A DNA stretch of 64,000 bases from a virus (Duplodnaviria > Caudoviricetes). Under the pieces are notes generated by a model. That model saw only the letters and a program-made list of their open reading frames with translations. It searched no databases and had not been told where the DNA came from. The stretch lies in the IMG/VR virus record IMGVR_UViG_3300025608_000006. The stretch is one strand, 5' to 3'. This document shows positions 50,478 to 59,609 of this stretch, one piece after another (the stretch's first letter is position 1; every line of letters begins with the position of its first letter). A program made the position numbers and the translations under genes.

Positions 50478-50838
50478 GTTTTCTCACTAGTTGAACGTTT
50501 TTACGTTTGACTCGTTTAATAGATAGATTATTTAAATTAACACACGGCCCTATTGTTACTCTTACATCTTTTGAATTCATTGTTGTTATGCAATATTTAA
50601 AAGGCTCAATTTCTCCTCGCAAGAATATATTAATAGGAATCATTCGATTAGATTCCCACCACCATGCGTCGCCAAGTTCTAAAAAAGCCTTTTGTTCTAA
50701 TTCAGTCCTAATATCAGTATATACGTACATGCTTGTAACTGTCGCATCTTGATTGATAATGATGCCAATGTACTCCTGCCCACCGTATGTTACTACGCTA
50801 AGGAATGGAAAATTTTCTTCTATATTTTTTGTTAACAT
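50467..50838 (-). CDS. Conserved hypothetical protein
   Basis: FPFLSVVTYGGQEYIGII, WWWESNRMIPINIF. Confidence 0.7.
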   Translation of the reverse strand: MLTKNIEENFPFLSVVTYGGQEYIGIIINQDATVTSMYVYTDIRTELEQKAFLELGDAWWWESNRMIPINIFLRGEIEPFKYCITTMNSKDVRVTIGPCVNLNNLSIKRVKRKNVQLVRKPKS

Positions 50839-50878
50839 GTAATTCCGATAAATACTTTATTAATAAGGATCCTGCTTA

Positions 50879-51670
50879 ATGCAACTTATACCAAGATATT
50901 TAGTCAATAACAGAATAGAGGTTGTATCAAACGATACAGGATTTATAACGGAGTATAACCCAGTGTATAGCAGACAAATAAAGATATATAAAGGAATAGA
51001 TAATACTGTTCAATTTAGGTTTTTAAACGCAGATCAAAAACCAATTGATGTATCTAATGAAACTATTAAATTTGTTGCATACGATGAAACATCTAAAAAA
51101 GTATTAGATCTTACAGTAGATGCATCTGCAACTAAAGGTCTAGCAAATCTAACAATAGGCAACTCGTTATTAGAAGATTTGCCTCAACAATACTTACGAT
51201 ACAGCGTGTACTTTGACGACGAATCTGCAGGTCAAACTTTAACATACGCTGATAGTCACTTTGGTAATAATGGAACAATATATCTAGATGCTAGTGCATT
51301 TCCTGCACCTAGAGCAGATGTTGAAATGTTTTTTACAGATGTTGCATCTTCTATTATACCTGATGATGATACTACTGATTCTATAAATTACTGGGCTACA
51401 GATTATATTACTGCAACACCAAGTGGCGAAATATTTGCATTTGAAAATGCCATCATAGTTACTCCGGCAATTGATAGTTCTGAATTAACAATACAATATA
51501 CCACTGATAGATCTGTTTCGACAGGATCAAAATGGGTTAACATTACGCCTAGTAATGCTAGCAGCGATTCTACGGAGACACAAATTGAGTTTGACGGAAC
51601 GTATAACTATTTGAGAGTTTTTACTACAATAGATCCTACAAACATTACTTCAATTAAATTAAGAAACTAA
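50879..51670 (+). CDS. Hypothetical late/structural protein
   Basis: TAAATA at 50849; IKIYKGIDNTVQFRFLNADQKP. Confidence 0.6.
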   Translation: MQLIPRYLVNNRIEVVSNDTGFITEYNPVYSRQIKIYKGIDNTVQFRFLNADQKPIDVSNETIKFVAYDETSKKVLDLTVDASATKGLANLTIGNSLLEDLPQQYLRYSVYFDDESAGQTLTYADSHFGNNGTIYLDASAFPAPRADVEMFFTDVASSIIPDDDTTDSINYWATDYITATPSGEIFAFENAIIVTPAIDSSELTIQYTTDRSVSTGSKWVNITPSNASSDSTETQIEFDGTYNYLRVFTTIDPTNITSIKLRN

Positions 51671-51698
51671 TTGACAAATCCTATACTGATGCTATAAT
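51671..51698 (+). promoter_or_regulatory. Sigma70-type promoter of primase (probable leaderless mRNA)
   Basis: TTGACA-16 nt-TATAAT-6 nt-ATG (51705). Confidence 0.75.
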
Positions 51699-51704
51699 AG
51701 TAGT

Positions 51705-52685
51705 ATGAGTATTGTATCTGACACAATTACAGCACACTTGCCTTCAAAGCGAAAGACAACTCCTAGTGGGTGGACCAGCTTTAACGCACCCTGCTGTCAT
51801 CACAACGGCAACACTGCTGACACTAGAGGACGCGGCGGACTTATTAGTGAAGGTGATACAGTTAGCTATCATTGTTTTAACTGTGGATACAAAGCAAGCT
51901 GGCAACCAGGTAGACCGGTGTCTAACAAGCTACGTAAGCTTCTACAGTGGCTGAACTGTACAGATGATACAATAACACGGCTAACCTTTGACGTCATGCG
52001 CTTAAACGAAGGCGTTGAGGTAGCAGAGCGCAAGATAGAACTGCCCACATTTGAAACTGTACCACTGCCTCCAGATGCAATTAAAATTACTGATATTACT
52101 GATTTCAGCAAATTTAGTTTGTCTATATTAGAATACATGGCTGCACGTAATCTAAACTTAGATGATACTGATTACTATTGGAGTGCAAGTTTAGCATATC
52201 GTGATAGACTTATTATTCCGTTTTACTATGAAGGTAGAGTAGTAGGCTGGACAGCTAGAACTATCACAGCAGATAAAAAGCCCAAGTATCTTACAGAAAC
52301 ACAACCTGGCTTTGTGTACGGACTTGACGCACAAGGCTATGACAAAACGTTTGCTATTGTCTGTGAAGGGCAAGTAGATGCTATTCATGTAGACGGCTGT
52401 GCGCTCGGCGGCAGTGAAATTAATGATGCACAAGCGTTGCTGATCAACAAACTAAACAAAGACATTGTTGTAGTGCCCGACAGAGACAAAGCTGGTAGTA
52501 AACTTGTAGAACAAGCCATTGAACAGGGTTGGGGAGTTAGCTTACCAGAGTGGCCCCAAGATGTTAATGATATTGGCGATGCAGTAGATAAGTACGGAAG
52601 ACTATATACACTATACAGCATTGCTAGTGCTGCTGAAACTAGCCCACTTAAAATTAGATTGAGAGCAAAAAAATGGTTCATATGA
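51705..52685 (+). CDS. DNA primase
   Basis: Zn ribbon FNAPCC..YHCFNCG; TOPRIM VCEGQVDA, VPDRDKAG, DIGDA. Confidence 0.9.
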   Translation: MSIVSDTITAHLPSKRKTTPSGWTSFNAPCCHHNGNTADTRGRGGLISEGDTVSYHCFNCGYKASWQPGRPVSNKLRKLLQWLNCTDDTITRLTFDVMRLNEGVEVAERKIELPTFETVPLPPDAIKITDITDFSKFSLSILEYMAARNLNLDDTDYYWSASLAYRDRLIIPFYYEGRVVGWTARTITADKKPKYLTETQPGFVYGLDAQGYDKTFAIVCEGQVDAIHVDGCALGGSEINDAQALLINKLNKDIVVVPDRDKAGSKLVEQAIEQGWGVSLPEWPQDVNDIGDAVDKYGRLYTLYSIASAAETSPLKIRLRAKKWFI

Positions 52686-52810
52686 TTAAAAAAGTATTAA
52701 CAAAGATTTGGGATGTGGTTGCATGGCCCTATCGTAAAATCAAAGCAGAAATTAAATTCCGTAAACGCATGAAAGAGCTACGGGAAAAGGACCCGTTTAT
52801 CTATAAATGA
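52682..52810 (+). CDS. 42-aa basic peptide (not in ORF track)
   Basis: MIKKVLTKIWDVVAWPYRKIKAEIKFRKRMKELREKDPFIYK; ATGA overlaps with both neighbours. Confidence 0.65.
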   Translation: MIKKVLTKIWDVVAWPYRKIKAEIKFRKRMKELREKDPFIYK

Positions 52811-53793
52811 TTACTTGGGGAATAGTTGGCAATAGTCACGATGCCAGCATAGCCGTTTTTGATGACACAGTCAAAGGGTTAGGTATAAACCGTCCTACAC
52901 GACTCATATGGGCAGGTCTTGCAAAAGACTTCTCGGGAGTTCCTAATGACCCTGATCTCAATGATGCTATTGTAGAACACGCACTACAGTACGGCAAGCC
53001 TAACAAAGTTGTATGGTATGAACGTCCGTTCTTAAAGACACTGCGACAATGGCGTGCAGGACAGGGTTGGCTACGTAAAGAGAATGATATTAGAGCCTAT
53101 CTCAAACGTTGGAACATTGGGTGTAAGATAGAGTATACCCAGCATCATTTGAGTCATGCAGCCTACGCATACTACACCCAACCCTATGTAGACTGTGCTG
53201 TAATATGCTTAGACAGTATAGGAGAGTTCGAGACCCTAACTGTATGGCATGGTACAGAACGAGGCCTAAAGAAAATACACAGTCAAGGGTACCCACATAG
53301 TCTTGGATTATTCTATAGTGCTATGACACAACGTATGGGCCTACAAGCACAACGTGATGAATACTTAGTAGCCCAATGGGGTGCTAAAGGCGACCCACAT
53401 AGATTGTTTATGCCTATACTTGAAGAACTGGTAGAAACACGTGGCATGGGTAATGACCCTTATATACGCATGCGAGAGAACATGCACAGAGGCGTAAGCT
53501 GGTGGAGACCAGAGCTGACTACTGAACAGGACATGTATGATATTGCAGCAGCTACACAAAAAGTGTTTGAGTATTGCTTGCTTAACTTAGCAGCGTGGAC
53601 CAAAAGAAAGACAGGTTCTAAGAACTTAGCACTTGCAGGTGGAGGCGCACTTAACCGTCAAGCAGTTGCATTGTTAACCAATTGGAGCACAGTACACGTT
53701 CCCAAGAATCCAGGTGACCCGGGCAGTTGTATAGGAGCAGTATTAGCAAAGACCAAGGACAGAACAACACTTGACAACAAATGGCACAGGTAG
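52807..53793 (+). CDS. Carbamoyltransferase N-terminal (Kae1-like) domain only
   Basis: HDASIAV, HHLSHAA, LDSIGE, SLGLFYSA, AGGGALN, PGDPGSCIGA, then stop; no C-terminal YrdC-like domain. Confidence 0.8.
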   Translation: MITWGIVGNSHDASIAVFDDTVKGLGINRPTRLIWAGLAKDFSGVPNDPDLNDAIVEHALQYGKPNKVVWYERPFLKTLRQWRAGQGWLRKENDIRAYLKRWNIGCKIEYTQHHLSHAAYAYYTQPYVDCAVICLDSIGEFETLTVWHGTERGLKKIHSQGYPHSLGLFYSAMTQRMGLQAQRDEYLVAQWGAKGDPHRLFMPILEELVETRGMGNDPYIRMRENMHRGVSWWRPELTTEQDMYDIAAATQKVFEYCLLNLAAWTKRKTGSKNLALAGGGALNRQAVALLTNWSTVHVPKNPGDPGSCIGAVLAKTKDRTTLDNKWHR

Positions 53794-53799
53794 TATAAT
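53771..53799 (+). promoter_or_regulatory. Sigma70-type promoter of helicase (probable leaderless mRNA)
   Basis: TTGACA-17 nt-TATAAT-6 nt-ATG (53806). Confidence 0.75.
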
Positions 53800-53805
53800 A
53801 AACAC

Positions 53806-55227
53806 ATGAGCACAAGACAAAACACAGACTATGGGTATGATATACAAAAGGTATATCTTGAGATGATGATGAGCGATGCTGAGAGCTTTGTTCGTTGTCA
53901 AGCAGTATTTGACCCTCAAGCATTTGATAGACGCTTGCAGGAAGGTGCAAAGTTTCTCACAGACTATGTGACAGAACACAACGCACTGCCCACATTCGAC
54001 ATGATCAATGCTGCAACCAAAGCAGACCTCAAAGATCCTGGACAACTACAGGAGAATCACTATGATTGGCTGTTGAATGAGTTTGAAACATTCAGCAAGC
54101 ACAAAGCACTGGAAGCAGCTATTCTCAAGAGCGCAGATCTGCTGGAGAATGGTGATTATGGAGCGTGTGAGGATCTAGTCAAGAAAGCTGTGCAGATTGG
54201 TCTACAGAAAGACTTGGGCACAGACTACTGGGCTGATCCAAGAACACGTCTAGAAGGCATCAAGAGCACAAACGGACAGGTCAGCACTGGTTGGGCTGCT
54301 ATGGACAAGAAACTGTTTGGCGGATTCAACAGAGGCGAGCTGAATATCTTTGCAGGCGGCTCGGGTGCAGGCAAGAGTTTGTTCCTAGCCAACATCGGCG
54401 TTAACATGGCTGAGAAGGGCATGAACGTGATGTACTTGACACTGGAACTTGCAGAGAGCTTGGTTAGTATGAGAATTGACAGCATGGTCACAGGCATCAG
54501 CACACGTGATGTGTTCAAGAGCATTGATGATGTTGAGATCAAAGTCAAGATGATTGGCAAGAAGAGTGGTGCATTCCAAGTCAAGTACATGCCCTCAGGC
54601 AAGACTGCAAACGATGTGCGCAGCTATATCAAAGAGTATGAGATCAAAACAGGCAAGAAAGTAGATGTGCTGTTGATTGACTACTTGGATCTATTGATGC
54701 CAGCTGGTACAAAGGTGAGTGCAGAGAACCTGTTTATCAAAGACAAGTATGTGAGTGAAGAACTGCGTAACCTAGCAATGGAACTCAATACAGTGTTTGT
54801 TACAGCGGCACAGCTGAATCGTGGTGCTGTTGAAGAAATTGAATTTGATCACTCGCATATCTCAGGCGGTCTTAGTAAGATTCAAACAGCAGACAACGTG
54901 TTTGGTATCTTTACCAGCAGAGCAATGAGAGAACGTGGACGCTATCAACTACAGCTGATGAAAACACGTAATAGTAGCGGCGTAGGACAAAAGATTGATC
55001 TGGGCTTTGATCTAGACACACTGCGCATCATAGACTGTGACGAAGATGAAGATGACAACTACACATCAAGCGGTGCAAGCTCAGGCGCTAGTAGTATTGT
55101 AAACAACCTCAAACGCACCAACACAGCCAGCGAAGATCCCAGTGAAGGAGCAGCAGCACCCAAGATACGTGCTGAAACAGACAGCACCAAACTGCGAGCA
55201 TTCCTCAACAATCTTGGTGACGAATGA
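53806..55227 (+). CDS. Replicative DnaB-like helicase (T4 gp41-like)
   Basis: GGSGAGKS, LLIDYLDL, TAAQLNR, KTRNSSG. Confidence 0.9.
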   Translation: MSTRQNTDYGYDIQKVYLEMMMSDAESFVRCQAVFDPQAFDRRLQEGAKFLTDYVTEHNALPTFDMINAATKADLKDPGQLQENHYDWLLNEFETFSKHKALEAAILKSADLLENGDYGACEDLVKKAVQIGLQKDLGTDYWADPRTRLEGIKSTNGQVSTGWAAMDKKLFGGFNRGELNIFAGGSGAGKSLFLANIGVNMAEKGMNVMYLTLELAESLVSMRIDSMVTGISTRDVFKSIDDVEIKVKMIGKKSGAFQVKYMPSGKTANDVRSYIKEYEIKTGKKVDVLLIDYLDLLMPAGTKVSAENLFIKDKYVSEELRNLAMELNTVFVTAAQLNRGAVEEIEFDHSHISGGLSKIQTADNVFGIFTSRAMRERGRYQLQLMKTRNSSGVGQKIDLGFDLDTLRIIDCDEDEDDNYTSSGASSGASSIVNNLKRTNTASEDPSEGAAAPKIRAETDSTKLRAFLNNLGDE

Positions 55228-55865
55228 AGCTGTGGATATTTGGTGACAGTTATGCACAAGATCACGCGGATGCAACACAGTGGCAGCATCTACTGGCAGA
55301 TCATTATCAGTGCGATATAGAATTTGATGCAGCAGCAGGACGCAGCAATGAAAGAATACTATGGGGACTGCAACAAGCAGAGGATCGCATACAAGCACAG
55401 GACGCAGCAGTGGTGGTCACCACTGACTGCTTTCGACGATGGTTCTGGCAGGATTATCCTCAATACGCCAACTACTACAATTTAAAAGAAATCGATATGC
55501 CCAACACTGCTGCCAACTGGCATGCATTGGAACAGTACACACGCTATCTGGTGAACCCCACAGCAGACATCATCAACTATGAATGTCACCTGGCATGGCT
55601 GAACAGTCGAGATTACCGCACTGTGATTGTTCCCGGATTTAGAAATCTGCCCACAGAACAAGCACTCACTGAGTGTGTGAGCGAACAGGAATTCTTGGAC
55701 CATCAACATCGCACCATGTGGTATCGCAGAGGAGTAGACACTAGACTGAATCATATCAGCAGCTACAACCATGTGATACTAGCAGACAAAATACGCCAGG
55801 TGTTGGACGGCGAAGGTGAGTTGGATCTCACCACAGATTTTCAACAGAAGTTTCTCGCAGCCTAG
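55224..55865 (+). CDS. SGNH-like phage protein
   Basis: IFGDSY, AAAGRSNERI, LNHIS..NHVILA. Confidence 0.65.
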   Translation: MKLWIFGDSYAQDHADATQWQHLLADHYQCDIEFDAAAGRSNERILWGLQQAEDRIQAQDAAVVVTTDCFRRWFWQDYPQYANYYNLKEIDMPNTAANWHALEQYTRYLVNPTADIINYECHLAWLNSRDYRTVIVPGFRNLPTEQALTECVSEQEFLDHQHRTMWYRRGVDTRLNHISSYNHVILADKIRQVLDGEGELDLTTDFQQKFLAA

Positions 55866-56600
55866 ATCCGAAAGAGCGCGAAGCGCCCTGCGCCAGATTT
55901 TCCAAGAAGCCGCGAAGCGGTATGCGCTTTTTTAGATACTAGCGTATACCCAAAGCACCCAATACAAATGGTGTCTAGCAAGCTCACAGCAGCCCGTACA
56001 CACACGGTAATACTAACTGCGAGTCAACGTAAACCTAGTGTCCGAACACAGTGCTAACTGCGCAACTGTACAGTGCAAGTCTGACTCAAACACTAGTGAA
56101 TCTTCTGTTGGCTGAAAACACTTTATATTATTGTTGATGAACAGTTCTATTGACAGTGCATGCACTAGCGCATCAACAGCAACACTGTTGGTAATAGTAT
56201 GAAAGTTGAATTTGAGCGTGTGCTGTTGAGTGTTCATACAGTATTTACACAGTAGACTTACAGTGTGCTCACAGTAGTTGTACACTAGGAGTGAGGTTCG
56301 TTTAAGCTACACTAGGATGTACTGTGTACATACACGCTCGTTAGCACTCACGTGTGTGTTCGCTTCGCGAGTATAACAGTTGGAAAAGGGTTCTAGCAGA
56401 TTAAAAAAATTTCTGCGCAAAAAATTTTGAGATTGATTTCTATTGTGTGTGGAGGTTTTGCACACTAGCGAAAAAGGTTCTTGTAGAGTAGAAAATCTGC
56501 GCTGCGGTTTCATTAAGCATAGTACTTATAGTTTCAACCAGGTGATTTCTTAACCCCCACCCCCCGATGAAAAATTTTTTTTATTTTTTTTTATTTGACA
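55866..56600. other. Non-coding convergence zone with GCGAAGC mini-hairpins, ACTAG repeats and C/T/A homopolymer runs
   Basis: See findings; + strand genes end at 55865 and - strand genes end at 56663. Confidence 0.5.
56013..56236 (-). CDS. Possible small late ORF
   Basis: TAAATA-CTGT-ATG at 56236 (late-promoter/leaderless layout); 74 aa; coding status uncertain. Confidence 0.3.
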
Positions 56601-56633
56601 AAAAGAAAAAAGGAACAGTGCGAACACTGCTCC
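56600..56633 (-). terminator. Rho-independent terminator ending the early array
   Basis: Minus strand GGAGCAGUG-UUCG-CACUGUUCC followed by UUUUUUCUUUUU. Confidence 0.85.
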
Positions 56634-56662
56634 CTCTCTTCACTTCCATCCCGAGAAGTTAG

Positions 56663-57028
56663 TTAGTCTGCTCTACTGCCTGCGTAAGCTGTGAAGCCTG
56701 CTGCTGAGAACACCTTAGCTGCTGCGTATGCACCCTGCTCCTTGGTGTACATACACTGTGTGCCTAGCCCACTGGGGTTCCATATGCTGTATGCTCCTGA
56801 GTAGTCCTTCTCAAAGCCTGCTGCCTTCATACGCTTGCCCAGCTTGGTGTTGCCTTTGATGCCGTAGATGTTAACCCAAGCAAAGCCACAGTAGCCTAGC
56901 TCACCGTTAGCAGCAATGCTGGCTTCAGCTGCATCACGTGCATGCTGTAGTGCCGCAGCCTTAATAGTTTGCAGGTCCTCTACAGTGAGGTCGTTGAGTA
57001 CAGTAGTTGATGTGTTGATAGTAGTCAT
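56663..57028 (-). CDS. Early hypothetical protein (CGFAWV motif)
   Basis: Own promoter cassette; AAGGAG RBS. Confidence 0.8.
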   Translation of the reverse strand: MTTINTSTTVLNDLTVEDLQTIKAAALQHARDAAEASIAANGELGYCGFAWVNIYGIKGNTKLGKRMKAAGFEKDYSGAYSIWNPSGLGTQCMYTKEQGAYAAAKVFSAAGFTAYAGSRAD

Positions 57029-57090
57029 TTGCTATGCTCCTTAGCGTTAATGTATATACAGTATAGCACCTGTGTGCTGTGTGTCAACCT

Positions 57091-57363
57091 CTAATATTCG
57101 TATACAGTTGGCATTGTCAAGCCCTGGCCTGCACAGTAACGATCCAGTTCCTTGATCACTCTGCCATAGTAGTTGTACTTGTTCTGTGCTTGTGTAGCTG
57201 AGATCTCTCCATCGCAGTGTAGGTTCTCTGGGCTTAGGTCACTGTCTAGGCTACGTGCTAGATCGTTTACTTGTGTTTGGCTAAGTGGGAAGTTGATCTG
57301 CGGTGAGTTAAAGAAGCTACCCCAGGTGTTCTTCTGGTCGATGTATGCTTGTAAGTTTTTCAT
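57091..57363 (-). CDS. Early hypothetical protein (LSPENLHCDGE motif)
   Basis: Cassette promoter and GAGGGCAC RBS; stop abuts the next promoter. Confidence 0.8.
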   Translation of the reverse strand: MKNLQAYIDQKNTWGSFFNSPQINFPLSQTQVNDLARSLDSDLSPENLHCDGEISATQAQNKYNYYGRVIKELDRYCAGQGLTMPTVYEY

Positions 57364-57428
57364 AGTGTGCCCTCTTTGTTTAACTTATAATACTACTATA
57401 ACACCAGTTGTTGAGTTTGTCAACCGTT

Positions 57429-58214
57429 TTAGTAAGAAATTTTTGCCTCATCCAAGCGAGCAGTGATAGCATCGCCGAACTGCCAACCTTCTGGCATAGT
57501 GGTGCGCCATCCCAGCTCAGTGTCAAGACGCAGTGCATCCTTGGGATCGATATAAGCAATAGCAAGATTGTCTTTGAGCATCTCTGCAACTTGTTCTACA
57601 CTAGCTCCTGACTGAAACATTTCAACACTATGCTTGAACAGTAGATCACAAGGTACAATGTGCTCACGGTATGTGCGAACATCTGTAGGTTCATTAATAG
57701 TAATATACCGATCCACGCAGTCGAACAAGTGACGATGTAGCAATATTGTATTACCATGTTTAGTCACATCTTCAATAAACCTTGCTACGATTTCAAAGTA
57801 TGGTTTGCCAGCACTATCAAATTTCTTCCAACTGCTGGCACCAGCTGGATCCAACAAGTCACAGTCGCTGATCAATTCATACAGTGCAAGGAAGTCATCA
57901 TCTAGATTGTCGGTTTCGTAGCGCAGGTTCTTTTGTGAATCGTCTACAGCAAACCCATTATCAGTTAGGTACTCGACTACAATTGGGCGACTCTGATCAC
58001 CTTTGCCTCCTGGTAGTCCAACTCCAATCATCAATCGATTGCGAATGTAAAGAACTTCCAATACAACACCTGATTTAAGTGTTTGAGTATAGCAACGCTT
58101 GCCTTGACGGTCTTGTTTACCGCTACCTTCTACTCCTTCGATACTAAATCGGATACTGCTATCCTTTTGATTGATACGAGCGATAAAATCTTTGATACGT
58201 TCTTGAGGAGTCAT
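57429..58214 (-). CDS. Early hypothetical protein (261 aa)
   Basis: Start reassigned to ATG 58214 downstream of the cassette promoter; REHIVPC motif. Confidence 0.75.
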   Translation of the reverse strand: MTPQERIKDFIARINQKDSSIRFSIEGVEGSGKQDRQGKRCYTQTLKSGVVLEVLYIRNRLMIGVGLPGGKGDQSRPIVVEYLTDNGFAVDDSQKNLRYETDNLDDDFLALYELISDCDLLDPAGASSWKKFDSAGKPYFEIVARFIEDVTKHGNTILLHRHLFDCVDRYITINEPTDVRTYREHIVPCDLLFKHSVEMFQSGASVEQVAEMLKDNLAIAYIDPKDALRLDTELGWRTTMPEGWQFGDAITARLDEAKISY

Positions 58215-58282
58215 CTTGTTGCCCTTTGCCCTAACTGTTATATACAGTATAGCATCTATCTGCTGATTGTCAACCATTATTC

Positions 58283-58530
58283 AAAAGAAAAAGCCCGGAG
58301 CGTATTGGACGAGGGCACATCCTGCTCCGGGCTATCCTAAAGGTTATAGAGCGTGAGGGCATACGCTGTTCTATAACCTGTTACCGCACTGTTCTTGGTG
58401 ACAGCTTCGGCTTATTGCAGTCTAGGGACGAGGGCACATCCTTCGACTGTTTGAGCTAGCGCGAACGAGGGCACATTCGTTCTAGCTCAGGTTGGACTGC
58501 ACCGCAGGGTGCGCTACAGTCCTACAGTGT
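58283..58530 (-). ncRNA. Structured 3' RNA with four (R)UGCCCUC-loop hairpins and a terminator
   Basis: Four stem-loops with different stems and the same loop (+ coordinates 58311-18, 58355-62, 58430-37, 58467-74); last hairpin followed by UUUUCUUUU on the - strand. Confidence 0.75.
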
Positions 58531-58539
58531 TGCGGAGCT

Positions 58540-59541
58540 CTATGCTCGACGCATCACCGTATTCTCTGCCATCGCTTCCCACTTGTCGGGGAAAGCGCCA
58601 GCTAGGTCTGCTACCTTGAGCACTGTGCGCAGCGATAGCTCACGCAGCTTGCTCTTGTTGATCTCTACGAAATCCATGATCTCCGTCTTGACTTCTTCTG
58701 ACAGTTTACGGTCATCCAACATGCCATCTTGTACCACTTGCTTGATGCGCAGTACTTTGTCCTTGTCACTATCAATAGTCAAGTCCATGTAGTGACAGCG
58801 GCTCTCCAGTGCTTCCAAGTGCTCACGCAGCTTGCCTTTTACCTTATCGAACTTCAAGTTAGTGATAAAGATAGCACTAGCTTCGAACTTGAACTTGTCT
58901 GGCACACCTTCGTTGCGCAGCTTGAAGCTGTCAGTGTTCCAGTGGATCCAACGATTCTTCTTTGAGTCCAATGCTGCTTTCAAGATGTTCAAGCTTAGGT
59001 CATCTTGGAAGATGCTGTCACAGTCATCGAACACCACTACCTTGCCTTTGTCTGCCATGTTGAACAGTTTGCAGTAGAGTCCAATTGGGCTCATAGCGCC
59101 TTTGATAACTTCGTGTGTCTTGCCTGCACCTAGTGTTTCCATAGTTGCATAGCGATCCAGCACTTCTTCAACACCATGGCTCTTGCCCACGCCCGGAGGA
59201 CCTGAAACGATCATAGCGCGAACGTTTCCTTTCTTTACCGCTTTGGTCATGTCTTTGAGCATATCAAAACGTTCGCGGATGCGCTCTACAATCTCAGCGT
59301 CTGACTCCTCAGGCAAATCGTTCTTCTCTGCTTCACCGACCAACTCGTAGTCCTCCGGGCTGCTGCATTTGATCTTGATGTTGCGGTTGGGCAAGCCTGT
59401 CACAGGAGTTGCGTCAACTGTGACTGCGCCGCCGCTGGTTCCCATAGTAAACTCTTTGGCCATTGGGAATACAATACCGCTCATGTCTGTTTCTTTTCCA
59501 CGTAGTCTATAAGTACCATTTACAATCTTAATGTTCTGCAT
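58540..59541 (-). CDS. AAA+ ATPase
   Basis: SGPPGVGKS Walker A, VVFDDCD Walker B, FITN, ALESRC. Confidence 0.85.
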   Translation of the reverse strand: MQNIKIVNGTYRLRGKETDMSGIVFPMAKEFTMGTSGGAVTVDATPVTGLPNRNIKIKCSSPEDYELVGEAEKNDLPEESDAEIVERIRERFDMLKDMTKAVKKGNVRAMIVSGPPGVGKSHGVEEVLDRYATMETLGAGKTHEVIKGAMSPIGLYCKLFNMADKGKVVVFDDCDSIFQDDLSLNILKAALDSKKNRWIHWNTDSFKLRNEGVPDKFKFEASAIFITNLKFDKVKGKLREHLEALESRCHYMDLTIDSDKDKVLRIKQVVQDGMLDDRKLSEEVKTEIMDFVEINKSKLRELSLRTVLKVADLAGAFPDKWEAMAENTVMRRA

Positions 59542-59609
59542 GTGTTTGCCCTCATGTGTTTGTTTAACTTATATACAGTATAGCATCAATCTAACGTTTG
59601 TCAACCACT

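Noticed and set aside
28357-55227. Inteins or introns in terL, recA, uvsW, primase, helicase
   Set aside because: Lengths and motif spacing are ordinary; no Hint/LAGLIDADG motifs or interrupted frames were seen.
58283-58530. Ordinary terminators only
   Set aside because: One hairpin is terminator-like, but four different stems with the same 8-nt loop matching the RBS are not explained by termination.
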